Assembly (NCBI RefSeq): GCF_001194135.2
Contig: NC_068997.1
Span: 40,749,721 to 40,802,489, forward strand
Reading direction: 5' to 3'
Origin: Octopus bimaculoides
Taxonomy: Eukaryota
DNA length: 52,769 nt
Each line of letters begins with the position of its first letter. The stretch's first letter is position 1. A program made the translations under genes and the position numbers. Under the pieces are notes generated by a model. That model saw only the letters and a program-made list of their open reading frames with translations, was not told the DNA's origin and did not search any database. Below are positions 12,308 through 24,622 of this stretch, one piece after another.

Positions 12308-12767
12308 CAGAGAGAGAGAGATTATTAGATTGATTGATAGATAGATAGATTGGTAGAGATAAAGATGTGTATGCGTGTATATATATATATATATATATAT
12401 ACATACAGGTATATGTAAGTGTATATATGTCTATATATATGTATTTATGTATGTATGCATGCATGTATGTATGTATGTATGTATGTATGTATGTACGTAT
12501 GTATATTTCTTTGTATATATGTATGTACGGGTATTTAAAGCATATGAGTTCATTAAGCTTATATACGCCTGTCATGCATATCTACTTTGTATATACTTCC
12601 TTGTGTGTGTGTGTGTGCGTGTGTGTGTGTGCGTGTGTGTGTGTGTGCGTGTGGGTATGTGTGCGTGTGTGTGTGTATACCTCCTTTGTATGTGTGTGTG
12701 AGTGCGTGCAGACTTACACACATTCATGCGTGTAAACATAAGCACATAAATGTACATATACATATGT

Positions 12768-12798
<31 letters not shown>

Positions 12799-13030
12799 CT
12801 GTATGACATATATTAATCAGTTAATTATCTCAGCGCTCACACCCACGGACGCTAACATGTATGTATGTATGTATGTATGTACGTATGTATGTATGTATGT
12901 TTGTATGTATGTGCGTTCACAAGTACATGTGTATACACACATATATACGTACATGCAAAACATATACGCGTGTGCGTGTGTCTGTCTGAGTGCGTGTGTC
13001 TGTCTGAGAGTGTGTGTGGTTGGGTGGGTG
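12183..13030. repeat. Compound microsatellite block (AGAT, GGAT, TA, ATGT, GT, CA)
   Basis: Directly visible simple repeats. Source of many spurious ORFs. Confidence 0.95.
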
Positions 13031-13576
13031 GGTGAGTACGCGCGGGTGGATAGTTAGCTATGTGATTAATCCAAACCATTGTTTTTACGCTTGTATCTAA
13101 ACTGAACTGATAAATTCCTGAGCATGACTCACATCCTCTTACGATGGCTGCTACCCACTGAGATGCGTGTAAGCCAGCGACAAGGCTGGACGCTTTTATT
13201 CACAAATCTCCCACAGATAGGACATTTGAAATCCACGCGTTGCTCAAGCTTTCTTTGATCATCTATATAGCAATCTCTTTTATAAGATAATGGCTGTACA
13301 CTATTTTTCAAATTGTTTCTCTCCCCATTACACAGATTGTTTTCCGTAATGTTCGACCTAAAACGTTTAATATGTCGATCACATTGTTCGAGTATTCCCG
13401 AAGAAAATACTCTTGTCAGTTGTTGGTGTTATACGGATCAGACTGTCTACGTCTACGTAGAAATGTCTCGCGGTTGCTACACAGTTTGCAACTGTGATAA
13501 TATATGCAAATTTTGGTCATTAGATAGACCATTTTCAGTGCGTGCCTGATGCGGCATTGACTTGATATATAATCAT

Positions 13577-13795
13577 TGGCGAGCTGGCAGAATCATTAAG
13601 AGCGCAGAGTAAAATGCTTAATGATATTTCGTCCGTCTTTACGTTCTAAGTTCCAATTCCGCCGAGGTCTACTTTGCATTTTATCCTTTACGGATCGATA
13701 AAATAAGTATCAGTTGTGTACTGGAGTCGATGTAATCGACTATCCACCTTTCCCACAATTTCAGGTTTTGTGCTTATAGTTGAAAGGCTTATTAG
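13577..13795 (+). mobile_element. SINE-A full-length copy
   Basis: GGCGAGCTGGCAGAATC head, body, and GTGCTTATAGTTGAAAGG tail variant. Confidence 0.88.
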
Positions 13796-14061
13796 CCAAG
13801 AATATTTTACTCTGTCGTCTGCCAACAACAAATCAATTATTTTGGTTTCTTCGAGATTCTCTCCGCTCTGTATTGTATGAAACCTATACTAGGGTATCTA
13901 TTCAGTCCCATCGTTATACACAAAATCCTTTCTAATATCTTCTACTCACTTCACTAATTCTGTTATTATGTGTGCATGCATATACATACACACACGCACA
14001 TATTTTCCTATACATATACATACATACGCACATGCACACACATATATACATTTATATATGT

Positions 14062-14135
14062 ATGTTATTCTTCTTTTATTCTTCCTTTATAGGTTTCAGC
14101 CCTAAGGATGTGGCCATTCTTGAGCACCGGCAGAG
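14062..14135 (-). mobile_element. CR1/SINE-B-type 3' tail fused to the U6 copy
   Basis: GCCGGTGCTCAAGAATGGCCACATCCTTAGGGCTGAAAC plus an A-rich tail aligns with SINE-B tail GCGGTGCTCCAGCATGGCCGCAGTCAAATGACTGA(A/G)AC (42444-42481) and the CR1 3' UTR at 46031-46012. Confidence 0.75.
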
Positions 14136-14207
14136 AAAAATATGGAACGCTTCATGAATTTGCATGTCATCATTTCAATTTTAGTATGTATTGTATCGAA
14201 GCAATAC
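14136..14207 (-). pseudogene. U6: U6 snRNA pseudogene lacking the central 34 nt
   Basis: Minus strand GTATTGCTTCG..ATACTAAAATTGAAATGATGACATGCAAATTCATGAAGCGTTCCATATTTTT. The 3' block matches canonical U6 GATGACACGCAAATTCGTGAAGCGTTCCATATTTT at 33 of 35 positions, both differences CpG transitions. The 5' block matches ATACTAAAATTGGAACGAT at 17 of 19. Confidence 0.9.
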
Positions 14208-14824
14208 ATACACACCCATACACAAACACACCCATACACAAACACACCCCTACACAAACACACACAGGCACACGCAGACACTTAAAATAGAAATCGGTAG
14301 TTTGTTACTATAGGCTTCGTGTGAATATATTGCCAGTTATTCAATCGGAGTTTGAACAGTGGCTGACAAATTTGGTGTCTAAACAGCGAGCTTTAATGGC
14401 GAGATTTCGTGAGATTAGGGAGAGTACGAGATGTCAACAATTTTGAACTAGTAACAAAGGAGGAAATATATTTAATGGGTAGTAACCATTCCACCACAGT
14501 ATAAATTGACGGTTTCTCTTGTGATTTGTCATAGCTACAAGAATTGTTTACAATATATTTTTGTGTCGTCGTTCTGAAGCAAATGCCGGAAGTAATATAG
14601 TACCGGAATATCTCTAGATAAATATATGGGTAGTATATCGTGTGTACGATATGGATAATGCATTTAGTGCTGGTGTTGGGTGCATTTTCCAGTTTATATG
14701 TGTGCACGTGAGCTTGTATGATGCATTTAAATAAATATGAAGTTGTTATATGCGTATTTGCGTATTGTAATATCAAGTTGAGAGTGTTATAATACTCTGG
14801 AAGTAAGATAACGAAGATAGTGTT

Positions 14825-14891
<67 letters not shown>

Positions 14892-15604
14892 GTGTGTTGG
14901 GGAGTGTTGTGGGTTTGTGACAGTCATATAGGTGCATACATGAACATGCGTGCATGGTTTTTTATAAATTTGAGCTTTCATACATTTGTGAGTCTATTTG
15001 CTGCTTGAAGTACATCTATTTCGTAGACGGTCAGTCCCGTTTTCCAATTGGTCGTTGTATATATGGTGTGGCTGAATATTGCCTGTATAAGTGGAATCAT
15101 TAAGCGGACACAATGTCACTTCCAATATAGTTGATGTATAATTGAGAATAGAGCATAAAGTATTTTGTGCAGCATAGATGATGTAAATGCAGTGAGTAGG
15201 GCTGGAGAGAACGACGCGTTCTGAGGTTGCGTCTAGATCCATTCTACGCTTATTGTTAATACGAATAAACGTTCCCAAATTGTATATGGCAAGCATTACT
15301 GTATATTTAGTTGTATTCATATCATTATATTCAACAAAAGATATAAAATGCTTTCGTCCACTCTAGAGCAGACGTACAAAAGAGAAGCATATCCGGTGTA
15401 TGGTGTCAGTGCAATCAGGTCGATGCAATTGTATGTACAGCAAACAACGTCATTCTATAGTTCATAGTAATGCGTCAACTTGAGCAAGGGTGTGCGTGAT
15501 CCGCTGGAGTAATCCTCTGTAGCAATTATTATGCGGTTCATGCGTTTATGTTTAGGAGTCATTGTTACAATATTATTGTAGTTTTGTGCAGTATTTGTGT
15601 AATA

Positions 15605-15812
15605 GTTGCAGTCATGATCATAAGGTTGTGGTTTCGATTCCTGGGCCGGGTGATACGTTGTGTTCTTGAGCAAAACACTTTCTTATTTCTCCAGTCCACA
15701 CAGCTGTCAAAAGTTAGTTATCCTGCAACGGACTGGCGTCCAATCCAGGGTGGAGGAAAAACATATACACGCTACAGAATCCGGGAAACCGGCCTTGTGA
15801 GACAATCCGAAG
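15605..15812 (+). mobile_element. SINE family C (tRNA-like head, CORE-like CTTGAGCAAAACACTT)
   Basis: GGTTTCGATTCC B-box-like motif. Shares CTCCAGTCCAC.CAGCTGT..GACTGGCGTCC with 44641-44850. Confidence 0.75.
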
Positions 15813-15890
15813 GGCTTTATTTTTATTCGACACTGACCTATTTGGCATCAGATGTTTTAATGTTTCTCTCGTTCGCTCTTTTCTCTTTCT

Positions 15891-15933
<43 letters not shown>

Positions 15934-16022
15934 GTTTATGTGTGTGAGCATATTTCTAATGGTGTGTATGAAGAGAGGGAATGTATTTATGTCACTCGGG
16001 TTCAAATAATATATTATAATCC

Positions 16023-16055
<33 letters not shown>

Positions 16056-16066
16056 TCTCTCTCTCC

Positions 16067-16114
<48 letters not shown>

Positions 16115-16377
16115 CTATCTCTCTACCTTTTACTCTTTCTTGTATGCACGCACACGCGTATGTGTGTAAGTTTCTGCGCATGTGTTTGTGTGTGTGAGTG
16201 TTTGCATCCAGCGCCAAAAAAAAATGTCGTCCAAACAGGCTAAAATGCCCAGTCATCCTCGCGAAATTGTCAGCATCGGACCAGCCAAACAATCCCACTC
16301 TTTTCCTAAGCAATCTTTAGAGCGAAGACAAGCCACAAAACAAACAACAAATACTATAGACACTGGATGATTACTTC

Positions 16378-16575
16378 CATTTCTTTTATTTGTTTCAGTC
16401 ATTTGACTGTGGCCATGCTGGAGCAGCGCCTTTAGTCGAACAAGTCGACCCCAGAACTTATTCTTTGTAAGCCTAATGCTTATTCTAACGGTCTCTGTGC
16501 CGAACCGCAAATTACGGGGACGTAAACACACCAGCATCGGTTGTCAAGCAATGGTGGAGGGACAAGCACAGACAC
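16378..16575 (-). mobile_element. SINE-B 3' half
   Basis: Reverse complement of the 3' half of the 42108-42496 copy. Confidence 0.9.
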
Positions 16576-16599
16576 ACAAACATACACACATATATACAA

Positions 16600-16634
<35 letters not shown>

Positions 16635-17196
16635 AACATACACACATATATACAAACATACACACATATATACAAACACTCACACACACACACACACACA
16701 TATAAATNNNNNNNNNNNNNNNNNNNNNNNNNNNNNNNNNNNNNNNNNNNNNNNNNNNNNNNNNNNNNNNNNNNNNNNNNNNNNNNNNNNNNNNNNNNNN
16801 NNNNNNNNNNNNNNNNNNNNNNNNNNNNNNNNNNNNNNNNNNNNNNNNNNNNNNNNNNNNNNNNNNNNNNNNNNNNNNNNNNNNNNNNNNNNNNNNNNNN
16901 NNNNNNNNNNNNNNNNNNNNNNNNNNNNNNNNNNNNNNNNNNNNNNNNNNNNNNNNNNNNNNNNNNNNNNNNNNNNNNNNNNNNNNNNNNNNNNNNNNNN
17001 NNNNNNNNNNNNNNNNNNNNNNNNNNNNNNNNNNNNNNNNNNNNNNNNNNNNNNNNNNNNNNNNNNNNNNNNNNNNNNNNNNNNNNNNNNNNNNNNNNNN
17101 NNNNNNNNNNNNNNNNNNNNNNNNNNNNNNNNNNNNNNNNNNNNNNNNNNTGTGTGTGTGTGTGTGTGTGTGTCTGTGTCTGTGTGTGCGCGCGCG

Positions 17197-17418
17197 GTCT
17201 GGCAGAAACGTTAGCACGCTGGGCGAAATGCTTAGCAGTATTTTGTCTGCTGCTACGTTCTGAGTTCAAATTCCGCCGAGGTCGACTTAGCCTTTCATCC
17301 TTTCGGTGTCGATAAATAAAGCACCAGTTACGCACTGGGGTTGATGTAATCGACTTAATCCGTTTGTCAGTTCTTGTTTGTCCCCTCTATGTTTAGCCCC
17401 TTGTGGGCAATAAAGAAT
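17197..17418 (+). mobile_element. SINE-A with alternative 3' tail (TTAATCCGTTTGTC..GTTTAGCCCCTTGTGGG)
   Basis: Standard head and body. The same alternative tail occurs at 37618-37675. Confidence 0.9.
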
Positions 17419-19362
17419 ATGTGTGTGCGCGCGGGTGCATATACATGTATGTATGTATGTATGTATGTTTGTATATATGTATGTGATACCGATACGGCGG
17501 CTTTTAAGCTAGCTCCGTGGAGGGCTCTTCATTAGGTCTTTGGCCCAACAATGACACTTCATGCATTGAGTACATATTAAATTTTATTAAACATGACCAA
17601 TATTTTTCAAGCAATGAACAATTTTCATCAAAACAATGGTATAATTTGTCGACTTGGAACTTATTGCAAAGCTGCATGATAAAAAAAAACAGTACCACCA
17701 CCATCGCCACCACATCAGCCATACACACACCGTTCAGATTTCTGACTTCTGTCGCCACCACCATCAATACCTTTGACTTCGCCACCTTCCTCTCCATTAC
17801 CATCACCACTGTCTTTCACACCACTTACTCTCTGACCGCCTCGGCTACCACCACCACCAACATCACTGCCCTCTCCACCTTTATCACAACTACAGCTCAT
17901 ACTATTACTATCACTCCATTTACCATCGGTCAGTATATTTAGTTCAATATGTTAGTTTAGTGTTCAGCCCCTCTTTCTCTCACATACCCACTCTTTTAAT
18001 AAAAACATCATCAACTCTTCCTAAATTTCTTTGTCTCTCTTTCTCTCCCTCCTTTTTTCTTTCTCTATCACATCCTGTTCTCACCACCTCCCTCACCGTC
18101 TCTATACCTACTATTACTCTATTACTCTCACCCCAGTACGAGCCCTATTATTACTCTCACCCCAGTATGAGCAATAGTAGAAGTGTCAATGGATAGTGAG
18201 AGAGGGGATCGGAGTGTGACACACTGACACACAGAAATTAGTTTTCGCATTTATTATATTAGTTATATACTTTATTACTAGTTAATGGTTATTAACTGTT
18301 CGTGATAATATGACATTTTATAGCACACTCTTGTCAATTAATTGGTGAAGTTGATACTCATTATTCAATCGCTGATTGAGTTACTGTAAATTTACTCACA
18401 CGAAACCTATGGTAACTGACTACGATTTCAGTACATAACTTTACGCACGCTCACACTCTGACCACCCCACCGACCCCACATACAATCAAACAAACAAATA
18501 TATATATATAAACACATATACACATTCGTATATGAATGTATATATAAATGTACATATATTGTGTCTCTGTGTGTGTGTAGGTGACCATGCGTGTGCCTTT
18601 CTGTCTGCGTTTGTTTCCCTCCCACTGTTTAACAGGCAGACAGACAGACAGACAGACAGACAGACAGGCGGACAGACAGAGACAGACAGGCGGACAGACA
18701 GACAGACAGACAGACNNNNNNNNNNCAGGCGGACAGACAGACAGACAGACAGGCAGGCGGACAGACAGACAGATGGATAGAATGATAGACAGACAGACAG
18801 ACAGACAGACAGATAGATAGATACATACATACATACATACATACATACATACATACATACATACATACATGTGCATCTATAAGTACGATATTTGCACCTT
18901 CAGCTACAGAGAATATCGATGACACACTCACATAAAAAGTCCACCATTATTAAACGCCCACCTGCCCACCTATCTACACCTCCCAACACATTTCGGCATC
19001 GGATTAGCACACATTTGTCTTCTTTCTTATTTCTTTATTTTCTCACCATTTTTTCTCCACTTTTTCCTTATTCTTTTCTGATTTTCCTGTAAGTTTTGTA
19101 TAAGATGTTTTCTAGTTAATATTCTCGATTCCAACTCCCAAAGTTGGCCGTTAGCTACGGTCAGTAAAGAATGGTGAGGGACAGAGTTCTTTGACTTAGA
19201 AGGGGTATCTTTGATTGTTTTTTGTTTGTTTGCTTTTTTTCTTCTTTCATACGTGATCGAAAAATTTTATAGACTTCAAGAATTTTTTTGATAGTAGAAA
19301 AGTTAGACTGAGAGTTAATGTACAAAAATATTCTCAATAGGTTTACTTCTTGTGTATATATA

Positions 19363-19393
<31 letters not shown>

Positions 19394-19429
19394 GCATGTA
19401 TGTATTTATATATATATATATAATGTATG

Positions 19430-19461
<32 letters not shown>

Positions 19462-19775
19462 TATATAAATATATATATATACACACACATACGCACACAC
19501 ACACACACACTCACTCACACATGTATATATTTGGCTTTGCTGTTTTTATCTTTTTTCCTTATTTTGCGATTTGTATGAGAGAACGCTTTTTTTTATTTTT
19601 TTATATTTGATTATTCTTTTTTATCCATTGTGTTTGGCCACCGGCTAATACTGACCGTTACCAGACTCATGCGCCTTGTACACATAATCAGATCTCTCCA
19701 AACGTGTTCGTGTATATAGGTGTTTTGTATAAATGCGAATATGTAAATATATACACATGCATATATGTCTGTGCA

Positions 19776-19816
<41 letters not shown>

Positions 19817-20307
19817 GCGTGTGTGTATGTATGCGTGTATGTCTGTATGTGTGTAATATATGTACGCACATACATAAATGTAGATAGATATAGATATAAC
19901 TATAAATGTATCTCCATTTACTTTGACAAAGTTTGGGAATCTAATTCAATGCCTCAGTTTTCTAGCAGGGGTCGATAAAATACACTATTATCGATTACTG
20001 CTATCACATCCCTCGAAAAACAGTTCTGTGTGTAAGAGAAATGATTTGGTGAAGAGCCAAGCATGATATGATTTTGCTAGAGTAGTATTACCGTCCGAGT
20101 CCATTCTCTCTTTCATGTCTCCGATGTCAATAAAATAATATTAGTATTACTGTAAGATACATTGTCAAAGTAATTATGTGTGTGTTTGTGTGTGTATGTG
20201 TGTGTGTGTGCATGAATTTATGCGATTTTATTTGAGTCTCTGTCAGTGCATGTATGTGTGTGTGTATGAGTTTGTATGAGTTTATGTTAGTGTGTGTCAG
20301 GCTTGTA

Positions 20308-20346
<39 letters not shown>

Positions 20347-20732
20347 GTAGATGATGACATAACATCGTTCGACTGTTTGATAATCAAACTGAGTAACTCC
20401 AGCCAATAGTGGACAGCTTCACTGTGATAGCTTCCCGTGCTAAAAACAACAACCAAATATTCCTTAAGTAACACCCTATCTTCTTGATAATGGAGTGACA
20501 CATTGGACAAGGCAGTCCCAGAAAGAAAAGTGTGCCTGAGTGGAAGACTTGAATATTCATTTGATTATAGATCACCTCATTTAGGGCTAACCAGTGGCGA
20601 AACAACGACAGAAACAACGACAGACCTTAATAGGAACTCGATTTGGTTGCGCCGAATCAATTTTGAAAGTAAATGATATTTTTTAGTTGCAAAAGAGTCG
20701 TTTAACTTATTTGAATTGAGATACTCAAAAAT

Positions 20733-20979
20733 CAATGGCTCTTGGTCAGTTTTTGCCTCTGGACACTTTGATTCCTATTTTACTCTGATGGACCCCCAAA
20801 GCCATTCGATGTTTAAAACAATCCCATTATAGATTTATAATTATTATTATGAATTGGATAAAAATAGCGTTAAAGTATTTTGTGTATAAGTAGAGCCAAT
20901 TTACTGCACATACATTTTAACTACAAGTTTTTATATAGACCCCCCAAAGGGCCATGTGGACCTCAGTTGAGAACCACTG
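20733..20979. mobile_element. hAT-type MITE
   Basis: Right end GTTGAGAACCACTG. Internal CCTCTGGAC.CTTTGATTCCTATTTTACTCT is shared with 45064-45301. Left TIR is degenerate. Confidence 0.65.
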
Positions 20980-21094
20980 CTCAAAATGAACTTTCTCTGC
21001 AAGAACATTTTCTGGTAAATTACAAATTAATATGCTTGGATTGAAAAACTTTTTCTTTCCAACTGCATTCAAAGTAATTTCTCAGATCACCTGT

Positions 21095-21693
21095 GTCCAC
21101 TAGTTAGGGATCAATCTGATGTCGAACACTGTGTTTGGAAGTCAAAGAGCAGTCGCTGTGTCTTAGTTTTGGTGATGCTGTACCCTTACACTGAGGCTGG
21201 CATCGACAAACATTCCTGGACTGCCTTTTGTCACAACTGCATTGCTAGATCAGGTTCAAGACCATGGCTGGACGCCTGGTATCTGAAATATCAGGTGATC
21301 ACAGACAATGCAATGATGCTGGAGCTACAAAGGACTACTAATGTGATCATGAGTGACAATGTTACCGGGTTAACTTTGGGCGTAAACTCGAGCCACCTAC
21401 ATGGCCGGATCCGGAGAACATTGCTGGTTATTTACAAACTCTATAGATATGGAAGCATTATCAACCGGGTCTATCTGAGAGGTCTCTAAGCGATGAAACC
21501 GTACTGCATGCACTCATTTGGTATCCAAACATTGCTAGCTTGTTGAGTTTTGATGAACATCTGTTGTCATGAGTAGGATAGAAGCTTCTATCGGTAAAAA
21601 TTGCCCATCCACCATTGTGAACGCGTATGAAACGACTGAAAGGAAATACTTTGCTCTTCTGTCGAGACTTTATTTTCATTCTTCAACTAACAC
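21095..21693 (+). mobile_element. Degraded Tx1/L1-clade LINE C-terminal fragment, cut by N gap
   Basis: DNVTGLTLGV, KLYRYGSIINRVYLRG, DETVLHALI..NIASLLSFDEHLLS. Same region as 11414-11700 of the other Tx1 copy. Confidence 0.7.
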
Positions 21694-22367
21694 NNNNNNN
21701 NNNNNNNNNNNNNNNNNNNNNNNNNNNNNNNNNNNNNNNNNNNNNNNNNNNNNNNNNNNNNNNNNNNNNNNNNNNNNNNNNNNNNNNNNNNNNNNNNNNN
21801 NNNNNNNNNNNNNNNNNNNNNNNNNNNNNNNNNNNNNNNNNNNNNNNNNNNNNNNNNNNNNNNNNNNNNNNNNNNNNNNNNNNNNNNNNNNNNNNNNNNN
21901 NNNNNNNNNNNNNNNNNNNNNNNNNNNNNNNNNNNNNNNNNNNNNNNNNNNNNNNNNNNNNNNNNNNNNNNNNNNNNNNNNNNNNNNNNNNNNNNNNNNN
22001 NNNNNNNNNNNNNNNNNNNNNNNNNNNNNNNNNNNNNNNNNNNNNNNNNNNNNNNNNNNNNNNNNNNNNNNNNNNNNNNNNNNNNNNNNNNNNNNNNNNN
22101 NNNNNNNNNNNNNNNNNNNNNNNNNNNNNNNNNNNNNNNNNNNNNNNNNNNNNNNNNNNNNNNNNNNNNNNNNNNNNNNNNNNNNNNNNNNNNNNNNNNN
22201 NNNNNNNNNNNNNNNNNNNNNNNNNNNNNNNNNNNNNNNNNNNNNNNNNNNNNNNNNNNNNNNNNNNNNNNNNNNNNNNNNNNNNNNNNNNNNNNNNNNN
22301 NNNNNNNNNNNNNNNNNNNNNNNNNNNNNNNNNNNNNNNNNNNNNNNNNNNNNNNNNNNNNNNNNNN

Positions 22368-22727
22368 TTCATCTTTTCGGGGTTGATTAAATAAGTACCA
22401 GTTACGCACTGGGGACGATGTAATCGACTTAATCGTTTCCCCCAAATTTTAGGCCTTGTGCCCTACAATAGAAGGGATTATTATTATTATTAGTAGTAGT
22501 AGTAGTAGTAAGCAGCGAGCTGATATAGTCGTTAGCACGCCGAACAAGATGCTTAGCGGTATTTCGTCCTTTTTCTTACGTTTTGAATCCAAATTTCCCC
22601 GAGGTTGACTTTGCCTTTCATCCTTTAGGGGTCGATAAAATAAGTACCAGTTGGCCACTGGGGTCGACGCAATCGACTTCCATCACCCCAACATTGCTGG
22701 CCTTGTGCCAAAATATGAAACCATTAG
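22368..22727 (+). mobile_element. Two tandem SINE-A copies (22368-22490 partial, 22511-22727)
   Basis: Separated by an (ATT)n(AGT)n tail. Confidence 0.88.
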
Positions 22728-23947
22728 TATTACTATTGTCATCGTCGTTGTTGTTTGCTGTTGTTGTTGGAGAATGGAACAATAGGTGACTAGGTGAAAT
22801 AGCTCTATCGACATAGGTATGGCCGTTTCGTTAAGGAACTTGTTTTGTAGTTTCGGGATTGCAGGTTCGATCGCACTGCAGAAATTTCGGGTTGACACAA
22901 AAGCTTGTCATTGAAATTTAGTTGGCAGAAACTGACCAGTTAACCCATACATGGATTGTCCATGATATCAAGCGCTTGGCTTCATCGAAATGATTCAAGA
23001 AATCTACTCTTTTACAATCATTAGAATCAAGACTCCACCCTGGAGATAATCCAAAGGCCATGGTTTCTTCCTTCGTTTCTCCTGACAGTCTCGGAGGTTC
23101 AGTGATATATTTATAACTGCTTTTCTTTTCTTCTCTAATCGTGCCATAAAAGATGTAATTTCGTTCTTTTTTATTATGAATTCATGAAGTACCAGTTATG
23201 TATTATGTCAGTTCTTCTGTTGCCGAGTGTCAATGAAAGATAGGATTATTGATAATGATTTCTATTGATCTAGTTTTATTATCAGATTAATTTTATGTAA
23301 TTCGTTTTTACTTCCTCCTTTCGTCGATGATCACAAACCCAGGGTGAGATTTCTCAATGTTAGCTAACGTTTTACTGAAATCCTGTTACTTGTCTTGGTC
23401 AGTTATGGCTTCAACATTTTCTTTATTATTTTTAACTTGTTATTCTAACCTAGATTACCTATTAACTCTTTATTTACTGCTCTTCATATCATTTGTCTGC
23501 CATTTACTTTACAATTACGCTAGTCTAGAAATTTCGTTAAAAGCGAGTACACTATAAATCAAGCTTCATGGATAGGTGAAAAAATAAGAGCCGGCCATAT
23601 TACTTTAGGCGATATGGCATGCGGAAGATTTTTATTCAAACTAAATAAAAAGATTTCGTTGTTTATAGTTTTAATTTATGAATCATAATGAAAAGATAGA
23701 TAAGACGATTTTCATTTTGATTCTCCGCTACGCTACATGGATTAAATATTTTTTCCTTCTTGCTACATCGTTGTTCAAAGACTATCTTTTAGTCTTCTTA
23801 TTGTGTTTCAATCCTCGTGAAAGCCACCCTACAAAGTTTCAAATCATCTTAAATTTCATTTTTCTTTTTCTTTTTTTTTTCCGAAACTTCGAAATTCATC
23901 ATTCATTGTGCTGTACTTATCTCACAAAAATTTCTTGTTGAAATAGT

Positions 23948-24622
23948 AATATTGGTGTCCAATTTTGGCACAAGGCCATCAAGTTCTGCTGAAGGGAGTA
24001 AGTCGATTACATCGGCCCCAATGCTCAACTGGTACTTCTTTTACCGAGCCCAGAAGGATGAAAGGCAAAGTCAACCTCAGAGGAATTTGAACTGAGAATG
24101 TAAAGACGGACGAAAGACCGCTAAGCATTTTGCCCAGTGAGTTAACGATTCTATCAGCTAGCCGCCTTATAAATGAACAATCGGTTTCAAATTTTAGCAT
24201 AAGGCTAGCAATTTCAGGGAAGGGGTAAATCGATTGCATCAACTCCAGTACTCGACCGGAATTTATTTTATCGACCTCCAAAAGGATGAAAGGCAAAACC
24301 GACCTCGGTGGAATTTGGACTTGGCATACAAAGTCGAAAGAAATGCTGCTGAGTATTTTTTCCAGCGCAGTAACGATTCTACCAGCCCGCCGCCTAGAAC
24401 TATCGGTTTCAAATTTTGGTACAAGGCCACCAAGTTCAGTGGAGGCGGGTAAGTCGATTACATCCACCCCAGTACTTGACTGCTACTTTTTTTTATTTTT
24501 CCACCGAATGAATAAAAAATAAAGTCGGACTTCCTGGCATTTGAATTCAGAACGTAAAGACGGACGAAATAACGCTAAGCATTTTTACCGGTGTGTTTAC
24601 GATTCTACCGGCTCGCTGTTTT
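23948..24622 (-). mobile_element. Three tandem SINE-A copies
   Basis: Consecutive reverse-complement copies. TTATAAATGAAC is repeated at 24167-24178 and 24621-24632. Confidence 0.9.

Noticed and set aside
12180-13079. Many 60-160 aa ORFs (YIYI, CVCV, HTHT, LSIY runs)
   Set aside because: Translations of microsatellites. The same applies to ORFs at 4793-5002, 18451-19978, 28543-29629, 41792-41998 and 49103-49878.
16224-16370. 48-codon ORF MSSKQAKMPSHPRE.. after an A-rich context
   Set aside because: Within chance expectation and no supporting features.
17517-17942. 141 aa ORF with a Thr-rich mucin-like tail
   Set aside because: The Thr run comes from degenerate (ACC/CAC)n low-complexity DNA, and there is no splice or homology support.
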